NCBI RefSeq assembly: GCF_009914755.1 | Contig: NC_060938.1 | DNA: 64,000 nt | Reading direction: 5' to 3' (one strand) | Origin: the human T2T-CHM13v2.0 reference genome, Homo sapiens | Part shown: piece after piece, positions 27,617 to 50,043 of the stretch | Numbering within the stretch: the first letter of the stretch is position 1 | Layout of the letters: each line of letters opens with the position of its first letter | Translations under genes and position numbers: made by a program | The notes under the pieces: generated by a model | Told to the model about the DNA's origin: nothing | What the model saw: only the letters and a program-made list of their open reading frames with translations | Database searches by the model: none

Positions 27617-27827
27617 CAGAGGTTGGCAAACCATGACCTGTAAACAAAATTGGTCCCACTGTTCTGTTTTTGTAAATAAAGTTTTATCAGAACACAGCCA
27701 CAAGCATTCATTTGTGTATTGTCTATGGCTGCTTTTGCACAACAGCAGAGTTTGTGACAGAGGCCCTATGGCCCACAAAGCCTAGAACATTTATTATTTG
27801 GCCCTTTACAGAAAGAATTTGGACCCT
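27617..27827. mobile_element. MER58A-like hAT-Charlie element
   Basis: cagaggttggcaaac...tttttgtaaataaagttttat...tatggcccacaaagcc...tggccctttacagaaa. Confidence 0.85.
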
Positions 27828-27848
27828 AAAGTCAAGTCTCTGGGATAA

Positions 27849-28197
<349 letters not shown>

Positions 28198-28898
28198 TAG
28201 GTTCCCCAAAGAAATAATATTTGAAATGATTAAAATATTGTATATATATTGATTCATTTATTCACCATTTACTGAAACCCTACTAAGTTCCATGTGCCAT
28301 ACTAGGCTCTATTAGCAAGATAAATCGGATTAATGACAGACCTGTTGCATCACAGCCACCATGTCCTACTGGATTCAATGCTTAAAACACACACACACAC
28401 GCACACACACAGCAGTTTGTTAGGAGCCTCTCTTCCTCAAGGCTATTGCTTTGAAGTCAACAAGACTTAGGCTTGAGTATACTTACTAGCTGCGGTATCA
28501 TGGACAAATAACACATGTTTGTGCATCAAGTTTCTTATGTGTGAAATGGAAGATGATACCACCTATTGTGCTGATCTGTTGTGAGAATTACATCTAAAGC
28601 CCATAGCATGCTGACAGGCACACAATATTTATTCAATAATAAGTACTGTTATTTAACTCTATACTCCATTTTCTCATCCTGTAGATATTTTTTCCTCTAA
28701 CTCCTAAATTACCGTGGAAGAAAATATCCTACAATTCAGAACTGGTGCTGATAAAGTATTAAACTAAGTTTGCAAATATTAAGGGAAGTTTCATAGTAAA
28801 TGTAACTATTTTAGTTAAATAGGGATTAAGCTAATCAGCATGATGCCTCCATATTAGAAATTCTTTTAAATTTCACTCCGTGGCTATTTGAATGATAA

Positions 28899-29258
<360 letters not shown>

Positions 29259-29754
29259 TGAGTAGCTGCGACTACAGGCGTGAGCCAACACGCCAGGCTA
29301 ATTTTTGTATTTTTAGTACAGATGGGGTTTCACCATGCTGGCCAGGATGGTCTCTATCTCTTGACCTCGTGATCCACCCCCTTGGCCTCCCGAAGTGCTG
29401 GGATTACAGGCGTAAGCCACTGTGCCCGACCAAGATTACTTCCTTTTCAAATGCATTGTTTCTGCAAGTTTTCCTTACCTCTAGAAAACTGAGTAGCATG
29501 TGTTCCTCATTTCATACTCCACCCCCAACCATCAATACCTACAATACCCACCTGAACAATGTTTTGAAAATTAAATGACTCTCTTAAAGTGTTTTTATAA
29601 ACTTTAACACACATCTCCCTCTGGTATCACACCCTTAACATCTATCATCTTGTCTTTGTCACCAGCTTTCTGGAACACTCCTATTAGCAGCTTCTCTACT
29701 GCCTCCGGTCTCTACTGCAAACTAGTTTCTGGCCATTTCACCCAATCTTTCTAA

Positions 29755-30042
<288 letters not shown>

Positions 30043-31267
30043 TAAAGTGCTGGGATTACAAGTGCCAGGCCAGGTCCCAATGACTTTCTAACGTCAATTC
30101 TAAAGAATTCTTTTTGAACTTCAATCTTCTCTCTATAGGATATGTTCTCTCCTCTAATTTGTTCCCTGTCAGGTGCTTGTGCGTGCTCCTGAAGACAAAG
30201 CAACATTTTGGAGGGGCGGGGTCTTATTTGAAGTATATGAGGAAGGCGCTTCCTTGCAATGAGTGAGGGAGTTGGCAACTTTTAATAACCCCCAATCATT
30301 CTTCTTTATTTATTCAATAGCACCTGAGGGCCTGGTTGAAGAGAAAGGTTTTGAGGTAGGGGATGAGGCACAAGGGGCAAGAAAGCAGAGAGCAAACTCT
30401 TGCTGTCTCCCATCCCGTGTTGTTAGGTAGGGGTACATTATATTATTATAGTTAGAGCTATACCTATCTATGTGTTCTTGATGAAGGCATTGTTTGCAAG
30501 TTGCTCTTTTTCAACAGCAACATTAGTACCAGGTGATTACTGAACCCTTCACAGTTTGTCTTGCCCTTACTTGGAGAGAGCTAGATGTATCCTGTTTCTG
30601 CTGTGCATTTGGCCAACAGTCATGGGCGTGTGAATACGTGCCTTTGGTGTGTTTGTGTTCAATTCTCTTCATTTCTTTTTGTGTCTTGGACTTTGCATTA
30701 GGTAAACTCACGAACTTATTCATAAAGAACTCAACTTTTATGGTGTATAAATATTTAAAGAATACATGAAAAAACAAGATGAAGGACAGGCTTATTTTCA
30801 GAGGTTTGTGCATGGTAGCAGAAAACATACATTTTAATGAAGTCATCTTTGTGCCAGTGAGCATTTGACTATTAACTTTTAAGAAGTGGAAAAAAATTCC
30901 TGAATTTTTTCGATAACTTTTAGAAAAGTCTTGTAGCATGTTCTGAGTTTGATCCACTGTTCACTGAATTATATGATAGGACTTCAATTTTAAAAGTGTA
31001 TAAAAGCTTGTAGAAAGATTTGGTTTATTAAAAAGATTATGATGTGAAAAGCTAGCTCTAAAGTATTAAAGCTTTATTTTTCCCCCATTCTGAATTAAAA
31101 TAGGAAGGGAGAGAGGAAGACGAGTCAGTGTTAAGGCCACGAGGTTGAATCATCTAAGGAAATGAGTCAGTGACTATAAACCATAACTTTCCTTTTTCTG
31201 GGGCTTTGACTTGGAGAACTTAATGTTGAATTATTTGAAAAATCTTGCTTGATATCAGTGAATTTAA

Positions 31268-31558
<291 letters not shown>

Positions 31559-32169
31559 TGATCCACCCGCCTGGGCCTCCCAACGTGCTGGGATTACAGG
31601 CGTGAGCCACCACACCCGGCTGGATTCATGTATTATTTCAACAAATATTCAGTAGAAAAAAGTAGTGGGTATATTCTTCAAACCAAAAGACATGCAGTGA
31701 TTTGAAAATATGGGTAATGTATCAGTATCTCTGTGTATATATTTAGCTCTAGGTAACCAATAGTGATTCTTAATCTGCTTTTAAAACAAGTTTTTTGAGG
31801 TTAATAACTGATGACTCATTATTGGATTTAGGATAAACCTAGAATGCTGGTAGCTATTGACACATCATATTTCTATTTGATATGCTGGAGTTTTTTTCCT
31901 AGTCATGAATTATTTCTTAGGAACCCTGAGCCCATAATTGAAATAAATGCATTGTATTTTGGCTTATTTTTGAAACTTTAAAAATCTCAAATGGTGTCAG
32001 GTGTGGTGGCTCACACCTGTAATCCCAGCACTTTGGGAGGCCAAGGCGGGTGGATCATGAGGTTAGGAGATCGAGACCATCCTGGCTAACACGGTGAAAC
32101 CCTGTCTCTACTGAAAATACAAAAAAAAAATTAGCCGGGCGTGGTGGCGGGCGCCTGTAGTCCCAGCTA

Positions 32170-32277
<108 letters not shown>

Positions 32278-33038
32278 TCAAAAAAAAAAAAAAATCTCAA
32301 ATGTAACTAATGATCAAGTCTGTAGGTAAACATAGATAGGTCTCTCAAGGTAAACGCTGGCATATTATATAAAAAATTCTTGACCTTTTATGATTGATTG
32401 CTTGTCTTTATGACTTGGACTCTTTTTATAAGATTGGATTGCATTTTTAATTCTCTCCAACTCATGAGTAATACTTGATTTATGACAGTAAATGCATTTT
32501 ACACAAGAACCTAATATTTAGAAACTTACTGAAGTATCTTAAATCCTGTTTTTGTCATCAAGACAAACTTGAATTAAAGACTAAAACATTACATTTTTAT
32601 TTTTTATTTTTTTTGCTTAGTATAATAATATGGTAGTGGTATCTTAGGGGAAATGTTTTAAATAAATACTAATATATCTTTTTCTTTTATTATTTCTTGG
32701 GTATCTTGTTGAATACAGTATGGATTTTAGACTAGCATGACAACATTTCTAAATTGCCTTCTGGTCAAGAGTGGTGGTTCACACCTGTAATCCCAGTACT
32801 TTGGGAAGCCAAGATGGAAGGATTGCTTGAGGCCAAGAGTTTGAGACCCACCTGGGCAATATAGTGAGACCATGTCTGTTTTTTTTTTCTTTTTTTCAAT
32901 AGAGATGAGGTTTTGCCATGTTGGCCAGGCTCGTCTCGAACTCCTGAGGCTCAAGTGAACCACCCACCTCGGCCTCCCAAAGCGCTGGGATTACAGGTGT
33001 GAGCCACCACACCCAGCTAGACCACATCTCTTTTTAAA

Positions 33039-33066
33039 CAATCAATCAATCAATCAATCAATCAAT
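33039..33066. repeat. (CAAT)7 microsatellite
   Basis: Read directly. Confidence 0.95.
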
Positions 33067-33582
33067 ATGGTTGGCAGGGCTATTGTTTCCATATGCTTAG
33101 ACATCCTAGACATGTTAATTTTTCTCCTTTCAAACCTATGGTAATTTCTAGGTTCTTTTTCTTGCTGCATGTCCCAATCTAATAAAACCTAAAGTGTTAC
33201 CCACTGATACACCTCAGGGTCCATGCTGCTTTGCTGAGCATCAAAATAGTGATTTAGGAAATTGTGATTTCTGGATTCTGGATTACAGTGTTAGAAATAC
33301 CCAAGAAATTAGGATCTGGAAACATCCTATGTATGATGCTATGAAGGCCATTCATTGAATGGAAAAAGGATTGAAGATGGAAGAGAACCTCCTTTCCTCA
33401 TGTAAGCCATATATGATACTTATCTTTTTTTTTTGAGATGGAGTTTCACTCTATCATCCAGGCTGGAGGGCAGTCGCGGGATCTTTGTGGCTCTCTGCAA
33501 CCTCCGCCTCCTGGGTTCAAGGGATTCTCCTGCCTTAGCCTCCTGAGTACCTTGGATTACAGGTGTGTGCCACCACACTTAG

Positions 33583-33804
<222 letters not shown>

Positions 33805-34057
33805 TGAGTCAATAGTCTCAAATAGATAGACCTATGTTTGAATTCCAACCCTGACCTCAATAGCTAAGTGACACTGGAAAATCTATCTCTTTGTCTCAGT
33901 TTTCCTGCTAAAAATCGGGATGGTAATGTTCACCCAGCAAGGCTTTATCACAAAAAGTGGTAACTTATGAGAAAGTCCCTATCTGGCATGGTAAGCACTC
34001 AAGAGAAATTAGTTCTATTTTCCTTCTTCCCTCTAGTTTAATAATTTAAAAAATTAA

Positions 34058-34839
<782 letters not shown>

Positions 34840-35597
34840 TTACCTTTTAATAGGTAACAATTGAGAACAGGCATTATTGATTCAAGAATGGTGTTAGTTT
34901 TTTTCCTTTAACTACACAAAATGTGTAGTCATCAATTCTTTGACTAAGAGGAAGGAGTGTCAAGAGGGAAGCCTGAAAAAATCTTGAAGTTTAAATGCTT
35001 TTGTCTAACTATCTGAGTCACTCCTCAGGGTGGAGTTTCTATGGCATGGCTCCCTGCCAGCATAATTTTGAGCTTTTAAGAGAGAGTAGTTGGGCCAACA
35101 AACACAGTAACCAAAATGACTACTCTGACACTGGAACCAGCTTTACATACAAATATTTTCTCTATTATCTCAGAAATAATCATGGAAATATACAAGCATT
35201 TCCTCTTCTGAACCATATTAATTTTCTAAGAATGAATGTATATTCAGCTACAAACATAATTGAAACAATTCCAGAGAACAAACAAGTGTGGGCCACTTAC
35301 TCCTGGGGATGTGGCTGTTCTGCACAGCTTTGAGATGTAGGAGAAAAAAAGTATGACTTCCTTCTGTTTAATGATTGTTTAAGTGTGCTTTGATTACTGC
35401 AGAAAGCCTAAACCTACTTTTTAAAATTCCATGCAAATCTTGTTGAAGTGAATTCCAGTGACTAATATATTTGAGAAACTTTCTTGGAAAAAAGAATTAC
35501 CAATGATATATTTAAACAACTGGTATTCATAATATAGAAATATAATTAGACTAATGTGTTCAGTATTTCAATGAAGCTTGATGTTCTTGATCATTAA

Positions 35598-38045
<2,448 letters not shown>

Positions 38046-38055
38046 TTTGGGCAAA

Positions 38056-38150
38056 GATTGCACAGGATATAATTATACTAAAAGATTATTAGTTATTAAA
38101 CCTGAAATTTAAATTTAATGAACTGTCCTGTATTTTATTTGATAATTCTA
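38056..38150. mobile_element. MER53-like right half
   Basis: ttatactaaaagattatt...ctgaaatttaaatttaa...gtcctgtattttattt. Confidence 0.55.
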
Positions 38151-39949
38151 CCACATGGGTTAAATGAGAAAAGTCTTCATAAGTACTTAGAACAGTGGTG
38201 GTACAAGTAGTGCTCAATAAATGGTAGTCTTTATTTTTTCCTTTTCTTCTGCCCACATGATCTGCAGGAATTATTTTTGAAACTAAAAATGATAACTAAT
38301 ACTTTACAAATGATGGAAAACTCAGGTTAAATAATTTGCATTTGGTTCCATAGATAAAAAGTAGTTCATCTGGATTGTAAAATGCTGCAGCCACTTTAGA
38401 AAAACAGTTTGGCAGTTCTTCAGAATGATAAACATAGAGTTACCACATGACCTGGCAATTAAGTCCACCCACACTTCAGGGTAGGGGATTAAACAGAGAA
38501 GTAGATACCAGGAGGTGGAGATTATGGAGGGCTACCTTAGAAGCTGCCTCCCATAGCATGGGATGGTTATCTGTCCAAACTGGGACTGAGGATACTTCTG
38601 TATGCCACTCTGATGGTTTGCTCAGCTTTTTTTAGATGGGAAAGCAAAAGGTTAATATATGTCAGTAAAGTCCAGTCTCTCCATACGTTGGAGGATGGAG
38701 GCCATTTTTTTTTAAACCAGTGGAAGAACAGGGATTTGAGTATGAAAATGCTGTAGGAGAGTGACTTTAAAATTGCTTTATCTTCCTTATTAAGGTAAGG
38801 GACTTGCCTTCCTTATTCCATTTTAACTTCAAATTTTTTTTCTTTTCTTTTTTTATACAAGTGTGGCACAGATTGTCTAGCAATTCACAGAATTCTTTTC
38901 CTTTCCTTCTTTTGTGTACTAATAGACTACATTTCCCACCCTGCCTCGCAGTTAGATGCAGCCTCACAGCTGAGTTCTAGCCAGTGGAATGTGAATGAAA
39001 GTGATATATATTGATTCCTGGTTTCATACATAAAGTCCCCTCAAGCTCTCTTCCATGCTACTTTCCTTTTTTCTGACTTTATACAGAATATCACAGCTTA
39101 TTTGAGGATGGAGGAGCCCTAAGATATAAGGAAGAGGTTTTCTAGATGGATCTTTGTAGGAGGGCTGATCAGGAACTCATTTTGGACTAACTATGGGCAA
39201 GAAATAAACTTTTCTGGTTAAAAAATTTAGAACTTGGCACTCCCTATTCTAGTTTCTGTAAAGGAGAATAACTTAACCATATCACTACTGAAGAATTGGA
39301 ATTCTCCCTTTAACTAAGAGAAGTACTTTGTTATTGTTTGTTTTTGAGACAGGGTCTTGCTCTGTCGCCCACACTAGAGTGCAGTGGCCTGATCATAGCT
39401 CACTGTAAACTTGAAATCCCGGGCTCAAACAATCCTCCCACCTTGGCCTCCCAAAGTGCTGGGATTACAAGCATAAGCCACCACGCTTGGCCTACACTTT
39501 TTATTTTTCAATAAACTGTTACCCTAGACTCTGTGAACCTCAGAGAGAATAGCTGCTGCAAAAAGCCATAATTGGTGGAATGTTTGTGTGCCTATACATT
39601 CTAGCTTGCTTCGAAAAACAGTTTGTCATTAGATACATGTTTGAACTATCAAGTGAGTTTTTTTTTCTGAGATGGAGTCTTGTTCTGTCACCTAGGCTGG
39701 AGTGCAGTGGTGTGATCTCGGCTCACTGCAACCTCTGTCTCTCAGGTTCAAGTAATTCTCCTGCCTTAGCCTCCCATTAGGTGAGATTACAGGCCCACAC
39801 CACCATGCCCGGCTAATTTTTTGTGTGTGTATTTTTAGTAGAGAAGGGGTTTCACCATGTTGGCCAGGCTGGTCTCAAACTCCTACCTCAGGCGATCTGT
39901 CTGCCTCGGCCTCCCAAAGTGCTGGGATTACAGGCGTAAGCCACCAGGC

Positions 39950-39987
<38 letters not shown>

Positions 39988-40178
39988 GAGACAGGGTCTC
40001 CCTATGTTGCCCAGGTTGGTCTCGAACTCCTGGGCTCAAGGGATCCTCCCGCTTCAGCCTCCTGAAGTGCTAGGATTATGGTAAGAGCCACACGCACAGC
40101 CACTGTCAAGTGAATATTAATCTTTGTGTCATAAAGACTGTCATGAATTTGTTTGCTATAGGGCGTGCTACTGCTTGG

Positions 40179-40182
40179 AAAA

Positions 40183-40240
<58 letters not shown>
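40179..40240. repeat. A22 followed by (TA)20
   Basis: Read directly. Confidence 0.95.
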
Positions 40241-40243
<3 letters not shown>

Positions 40244-41607
40244 TTGGAATGTTTTCTGCAGCAAAACCAAAGAAAAAAAAATAGATAGGCAACTGTAGCC
40301 TAAACAATTAGGGACTTATTTCCTGACATAGTAAATCCAAGAAATAGGCAGTCCTGGCCTGGTGTGGCTCAGGGATTTGGTCAAGAACTCCAAAATTTGT
40401 GTTTTACCACTCTGTAGTCCTTAGTGTGCTGGCTTGTGGATTTACGATTCCAAGATATCTGCTGCAGCTCTAAGTACTTGTGCCTGTTTTCAAGGCAGGA
40501 AGGAAGAGGAGGCAGAACCATTGGCTGGAATTCATCACATGGCCTTTCCTAACTACAAAGGAGTCTCAGAAAAGAAGCACTTACCTTCTATACTCTCTAG
40601 TGGAAGAGGACAGGATGAAAGGGATTGATAATGGGTTTTGAGTTAGCTTTATCAAAGAGAATCATGGTCAAAAAGCTGGCTGGGCGTGGTGGCTCACGCC
40701 TGTAATCCCAGCACTTTGGGAGGCCGAGATGGGGGCCAATCACGAGGTCACGAGACCATCCTGGCCAACATGGTGAAACCTCGTCTCTACTAAGGATACA
40801 AAAATTAGCTGGGTGTATTGTAGCATGCCTGTAGTCCCAGCTACTTAGGAGCCTGAGGCAGGGGAATCGCTTGAACCTGGGAGGCAGAGATCATGCCATT
40901 GCACTCCAGCCTGGCACAGAGCGAGACTCCATCTCAAAAAAAAAAAAGAAAACTGAGAGACACTGTTTTAAAAGTTCTTTTAGACCAGATTTAGATAAGC
41001 CAAGAGTAGGAAATTCCAGGTAATGGGTCAGCATGAGCTTAGAATGGAATGAACATTGTGGGTTGGTTCACAGGACATTGATGAGCCCAGCCCTATTAGG
41101 TGGAGAATAATGTTAAGAAGCAATGGAAGGTGAGGGTGGGGCTTAGCTTGGCTGTAGTAATTAATAGGGCACCTCTAAAGGGTTTTGAACAGGGGAGTAA
41201 GATGTGAAGAACGGGTTTGGAGAAACATTTGACAATATGAATTATAAGATGAGCTAGGAGGTAAGGAATCCAGGACACTGCTGTGATAATACAGCTGTGA
41301 AATGCTAATTATTAATGTTGAAACATTGTATAATTCCAATATTCAACCATTTTTGACCTATAATATCATTAGATTCATTCATATTTGAGGTGATGGTAGG
41401 ATGTCCAAATGGAAAATCTAATAAGTAGATGACAATATAGGACTCAGTTTTTGAGAGTAGAATATTGGAGGAAATTTTGAATTTCTTGATGAAAGTAGAT
41501 ACTTTCCATCCTATATTATCCGGATTTCATTTCCTTTCAACATTGAAGCTGTCACTTTGTGATGGCTTTAGCGCCCACATTTCTTTCTTTCTTTTTTTTT
41601 TTTTTGA

Positions 41608-41715
<108 letters not shown>

Positions 41716-41889
41716 TAGCTGGGATTACAGGCGCCCGCCACCACTCCCAGCTAATTTTTGTATTTTTAGTAGAGACGGGGTTTCACCATGTTGGCCAGGA
41801 TGGTCTTGATCTCCTGACCTCGTGAACCACCCACCTCGGCCTCTCAAAGTGCTGGGATTACAGGCGTGAGCCACCGTACCCGGCCTTGA

Positions 41890-43480
<1,591 letters not shown>

Positions 43481-43691
43481 CTTCAGTACATTGCCATGAA
43501 TGTGGATAAGTTGTCCCCTGAAGAAAGAATAGGACAGGGTGGCAAGGACTGCTCAAAGGAATGCTTATAATTAGAGGATGGAGAAAAACCAATAATCAGA
43601 GGATCAGTCAGACAAGAATAATTCATTTCCCATGTTATGGAGCCCCATACTGGGTATAAGGAAGTATACTGGCATGCTAAGCTAATGATAA

Positions 43692-44019
<328 letters not shown>

Positions 44020-45281
44020 TAGCCAGGATGGTCTCGATCTCCTGACCTCGTGATCCACCCACCTCAGCCTCCCAAAGTGTTGGGATTACAGGTATGAGCC
44101 ACTGCACCCGGCCTCGTTTCTTAAAGGTACTCAACCATTCAGTTTTTGTACTGAAGTACGAATTAATTTTAATTTGGTGAGGAGACACATGGAGGGAAAA
44201 TACCTTAATCTAGAAAGCCCAGGGGGAAGGAAGTTCCCTTCTAGAGTCTCAGCAAGTTGACACAGCCCCTTTGTTGTATTTTGAAATCATATATACTTGC
44301 TGGGGATGTTATTGGCCATGCTCACTGTTGGTCTCCTGACTACTCAGCTCCCAGAAAGTGAAAGTTGAGTGCCAGACATGGTGTTCAGTCCCCTCTTACG
44401 CTTATGCTTACTGACCACAGAAGTGACATTATTATATTAATTGTAACCAGAGGCAAAAATGAACATTATGCTCCAATATTAATTTCCAATTATGTATAAC
44501 CTAGTGCTTATATTCCATTCCATGTAAAAAAAAACACTCCTTGATTTTTTGTGGTTTCACGGTCTAGTGATTAACTCCAACGTGTAACATGTGTTATCCA
44601 ATGCCTATATAGAGTATTTACACTAATCTTCCTATTCTGGCTGTTATTTAGGTGATCACTATGTTCATATATTCTGTTGAATATTTTATTTTTTACTTCC
44701 CTTTGGTCTTGATTTCTAGGACTCTAGGACTCTAGGACTATTTCTAGGAATAGAGTTTATACTCTATTCCTCTTGGGTTTGTGCCATATATGTTTGCTTA
44801 TTTCCTAATCCAATTTTCCAAGTCATAGCCTCACCAACTGCCTCTCCTTTCACTAACCTATCTTACTGCCAACATCTTTTTCTGACCAACCCCCAAGATA
44901 CCCTCCGTAGACTCTGGGCTTAGTTAGCCTACCTATAGTCATCCTCTTTAACTTTTTTCCTTAATTTTTTTTATTCTCTTGAATTTTCCTGTCTGAATTT
45001 TAACTTCTCTAACTAACCTCACATTAAGCCTTTATAATTATAAAAGTGAGCCATGGTCTTTATGAAAAATTGGAAAAATATAAAAACAACTGGAGTGGAG
45101 AAGAAAATAATCTCCAGATTCACTACCCAATGAAAACTACTAGTATAGATATTTTTATTCTTTTTCAATTTTCTCTTAGCATGAAAATGTATTTCCCTAT
45201 GTTATAAACTCTTTAGAAATGTAACTTGTAATGATACTATATGTTCCACCTTTAAGATTACAATACCATTCTTTTGTATTA

Positions 45282-45434
<153 letters not shown>

Positions 45435-45445
45435 TCAAATAATTA

Positions 45446-45745
<300 letters not shown>

Positions 45746-45785
45746 TTATCTGGGTGGGGGGCACGTGTCTGTGCCTGTAGTCTCA

Positions 45786-45965
<180 letters not shown>

Positions 45966-46539
45966 TTAAATCAGTTTATGTTCCAACATCAGTGTGTGAG
46001 TGCCAGTCTCCTTGCATTTTTTCCAGTATTGAGTATTATTATGCTAATTTTATAGGCAAAATTTTCTCTTTAAACATTATCAAGAGCCCTGAAAAATAGC
46101 ACCAATGATGTCATAGCTCTTAGGGTCAGAATTTAGGAGTTAAAGGGAGATACAGAAATCATCTAGTCTAGTTCTCTCATCATTCAAAGGAAAAAAAAAA
46201 AAGGATCTGCAGCAAGTTGATTTGCCAAGTGTCACAGGCAAATAATGATAGAGCTAAGGCTAGAGTTTAGGTTTCATGAGATGTGGTTCATTTTTTCCCA
46301 TTCTGCTTCTTAACTTAGTATAGAAATTAAACCTCATTTTGTATTAGATATTGTCTTAGCTACAGTTTTTAAGATGGATCAAAAGACAGATTTTTTTTCA
46401 AAGAACTCCTTTAGTCACATAAAATTTTTATAGCTGTCTTTTTTTTTTCTCAAATTTCCTGAGTAGTTTATCAGTTAATAAAAAATTACCCAGCACTGGC
46501 ATAAACTCATATAACAAAAATTCTGATATATTTATAATC

Positions 46540-47750
<1,211 letters not shown>

Positions 47751-48055
47751 AGGAAATCCACAGCTTGTAATGACTCAGGTATGCTATCATGGACCCAAGC
47801 TCTTTCTAATCTTGCTATTCTCCCATCCCTAGTTATAAGCCTTTGTCCTACCTATGGTTGCAATATGGCTGTGGCACCTTCAGGTTTTTTTTTTGTTTTG
47901 TTTTTTGTTTTTTTAGATACAGTCTTGCTCTGTCACCCAGACTGGAGTGTAATGGTGTGATCACAGCTCACTGCAGCCTCAACCTCCAGGGCTCAAGCAA
48001 TTCTCCTGAGCAGCTGGGACTACAGTTGTGTGCCACCACGTCCTGCTCATTTTAA

Positions 48056-48196
<141 letters not shown>

Positions 48197-48588
48197 TAGG
48201 TGTCAGGCTGAAAGATGGGGGAAGTGAAATAAGGGGTACTAGTCAACTTCCACTTGTAGCCCATTGGCCAAGACTGTCAAGTGACCTCCCTAAGCCATAC
48301 AGACATCTAGGAGATTGAGTTTCTAACTTTGATAACTTCTTCAGTAGAGTCAGTCAAGGGAGAAGGGTGTTAGAAACGTAGGCTGGTCAGCACGCAGTGT
48401 CTGCCACAACCACAGGTAGCTTTTGTTACCCTAGTGAGGTGCTGGTAATATAATACTTAATAATGAATGGGTACCCATTCAATATTATACTTTTTTTTTT
48501 TTGAAGCAAAGTCTCACCCTGTCGCCCAGGCTGGAGTGCAGTGGCGCCATCTCAGCTCACTGCAACCTCCGCTTCCCAGTTCAAGTGA

Positions 48589-48804
<216 letters not shown>

Positions 48805-49183
48805 TAATTATGGAAGAATTTTTAAAATAATAAAACAGACTTTCCCTCTTAGAATTTTTAAGAGAAAGCAGTGATTGAAGATCCAGTTTAAGAAGAACCA
48901 AAAAGAAAATTGGATATGCAAAATAATGCTTTATAGATGGTTTTATGTGTAGGTGTCTGCTATAACAGATTTAGGGTGTTCTACATGTATTTAAGTGGTA
49001 TCCTAAGGCTAGTGTGGTGGCACACACCTGTAGTACCAGCTACTGGGAGGCTGAGAAGACTGCTTGAGCCAAGGAGTTTAAGGCAGCAATGAGCTTTGAT
49101 CGAGCCACTGTACTCCAGCCTGGGTGACAGAGTGAGACACTGTTCTCTTAAAGAAAAAAAAAAGTGGTACCTTAGCATCATAA

Positions 49184-49324
<141 letters not shown>

Positions 49325-50043
49325 TGAGTAGCTGGGACTACAGGCGCCCGCCACCATGCCTGGCTAATTTTTTGTATTTTGTAGTAGAGACAGGGTTTCA
49401 CTGTGTTAGCCAGGATGGTCTTGATCTCCTGACCTCGTGATCCGCCCTCCTCGGCTTCCCAAAGTGCTGGGATTACAGGCGTGAGCCACCACACCCGGCC
49501 CTATTTTTCTATTTTAATGTGAATGTTATGCTACCCATGATAGTATCACAACGCTTATGTTTATGTCATATTTTCTTCTCTACCATCAATTTCTTAGTTA
49601 ACATTTATTGTTGACTGAAATATATAAATTGTCATTGCCCTTGAGGAGTTTATAGTTAGGGAGGTAATATATACAGAAAGTTTTAGATCGCTTGTAAAAA
49701 CATGTAACAAAGGAAATGTTATACAATTTGGGGGGATAAAGTAGAAGATAATGTTTCAATAAATATAAACAATTTGAATTTAATACAACTAAATTCTTCA
49801 AATTAAAGGGATCAACTCGGATAAGGCAGTGATTGAGGCAGAGAAAAAAACTAGAAAAGGTGATTTGTATGCTCTTAGCTCCATTATGAGAGGTGATGTT
49901 TGTATTTTCTGCTGTACTTCATCCCTTGGGGTTGTTCTGGAGTCATAAGCCCTTATATACCTTTGGATTGTATTGAGGGATGTTATATTTAAAAAGGTAA
50001 TTTGATACTCAGGGTTGTATTTATCATGGTATTATGAGAGTTC

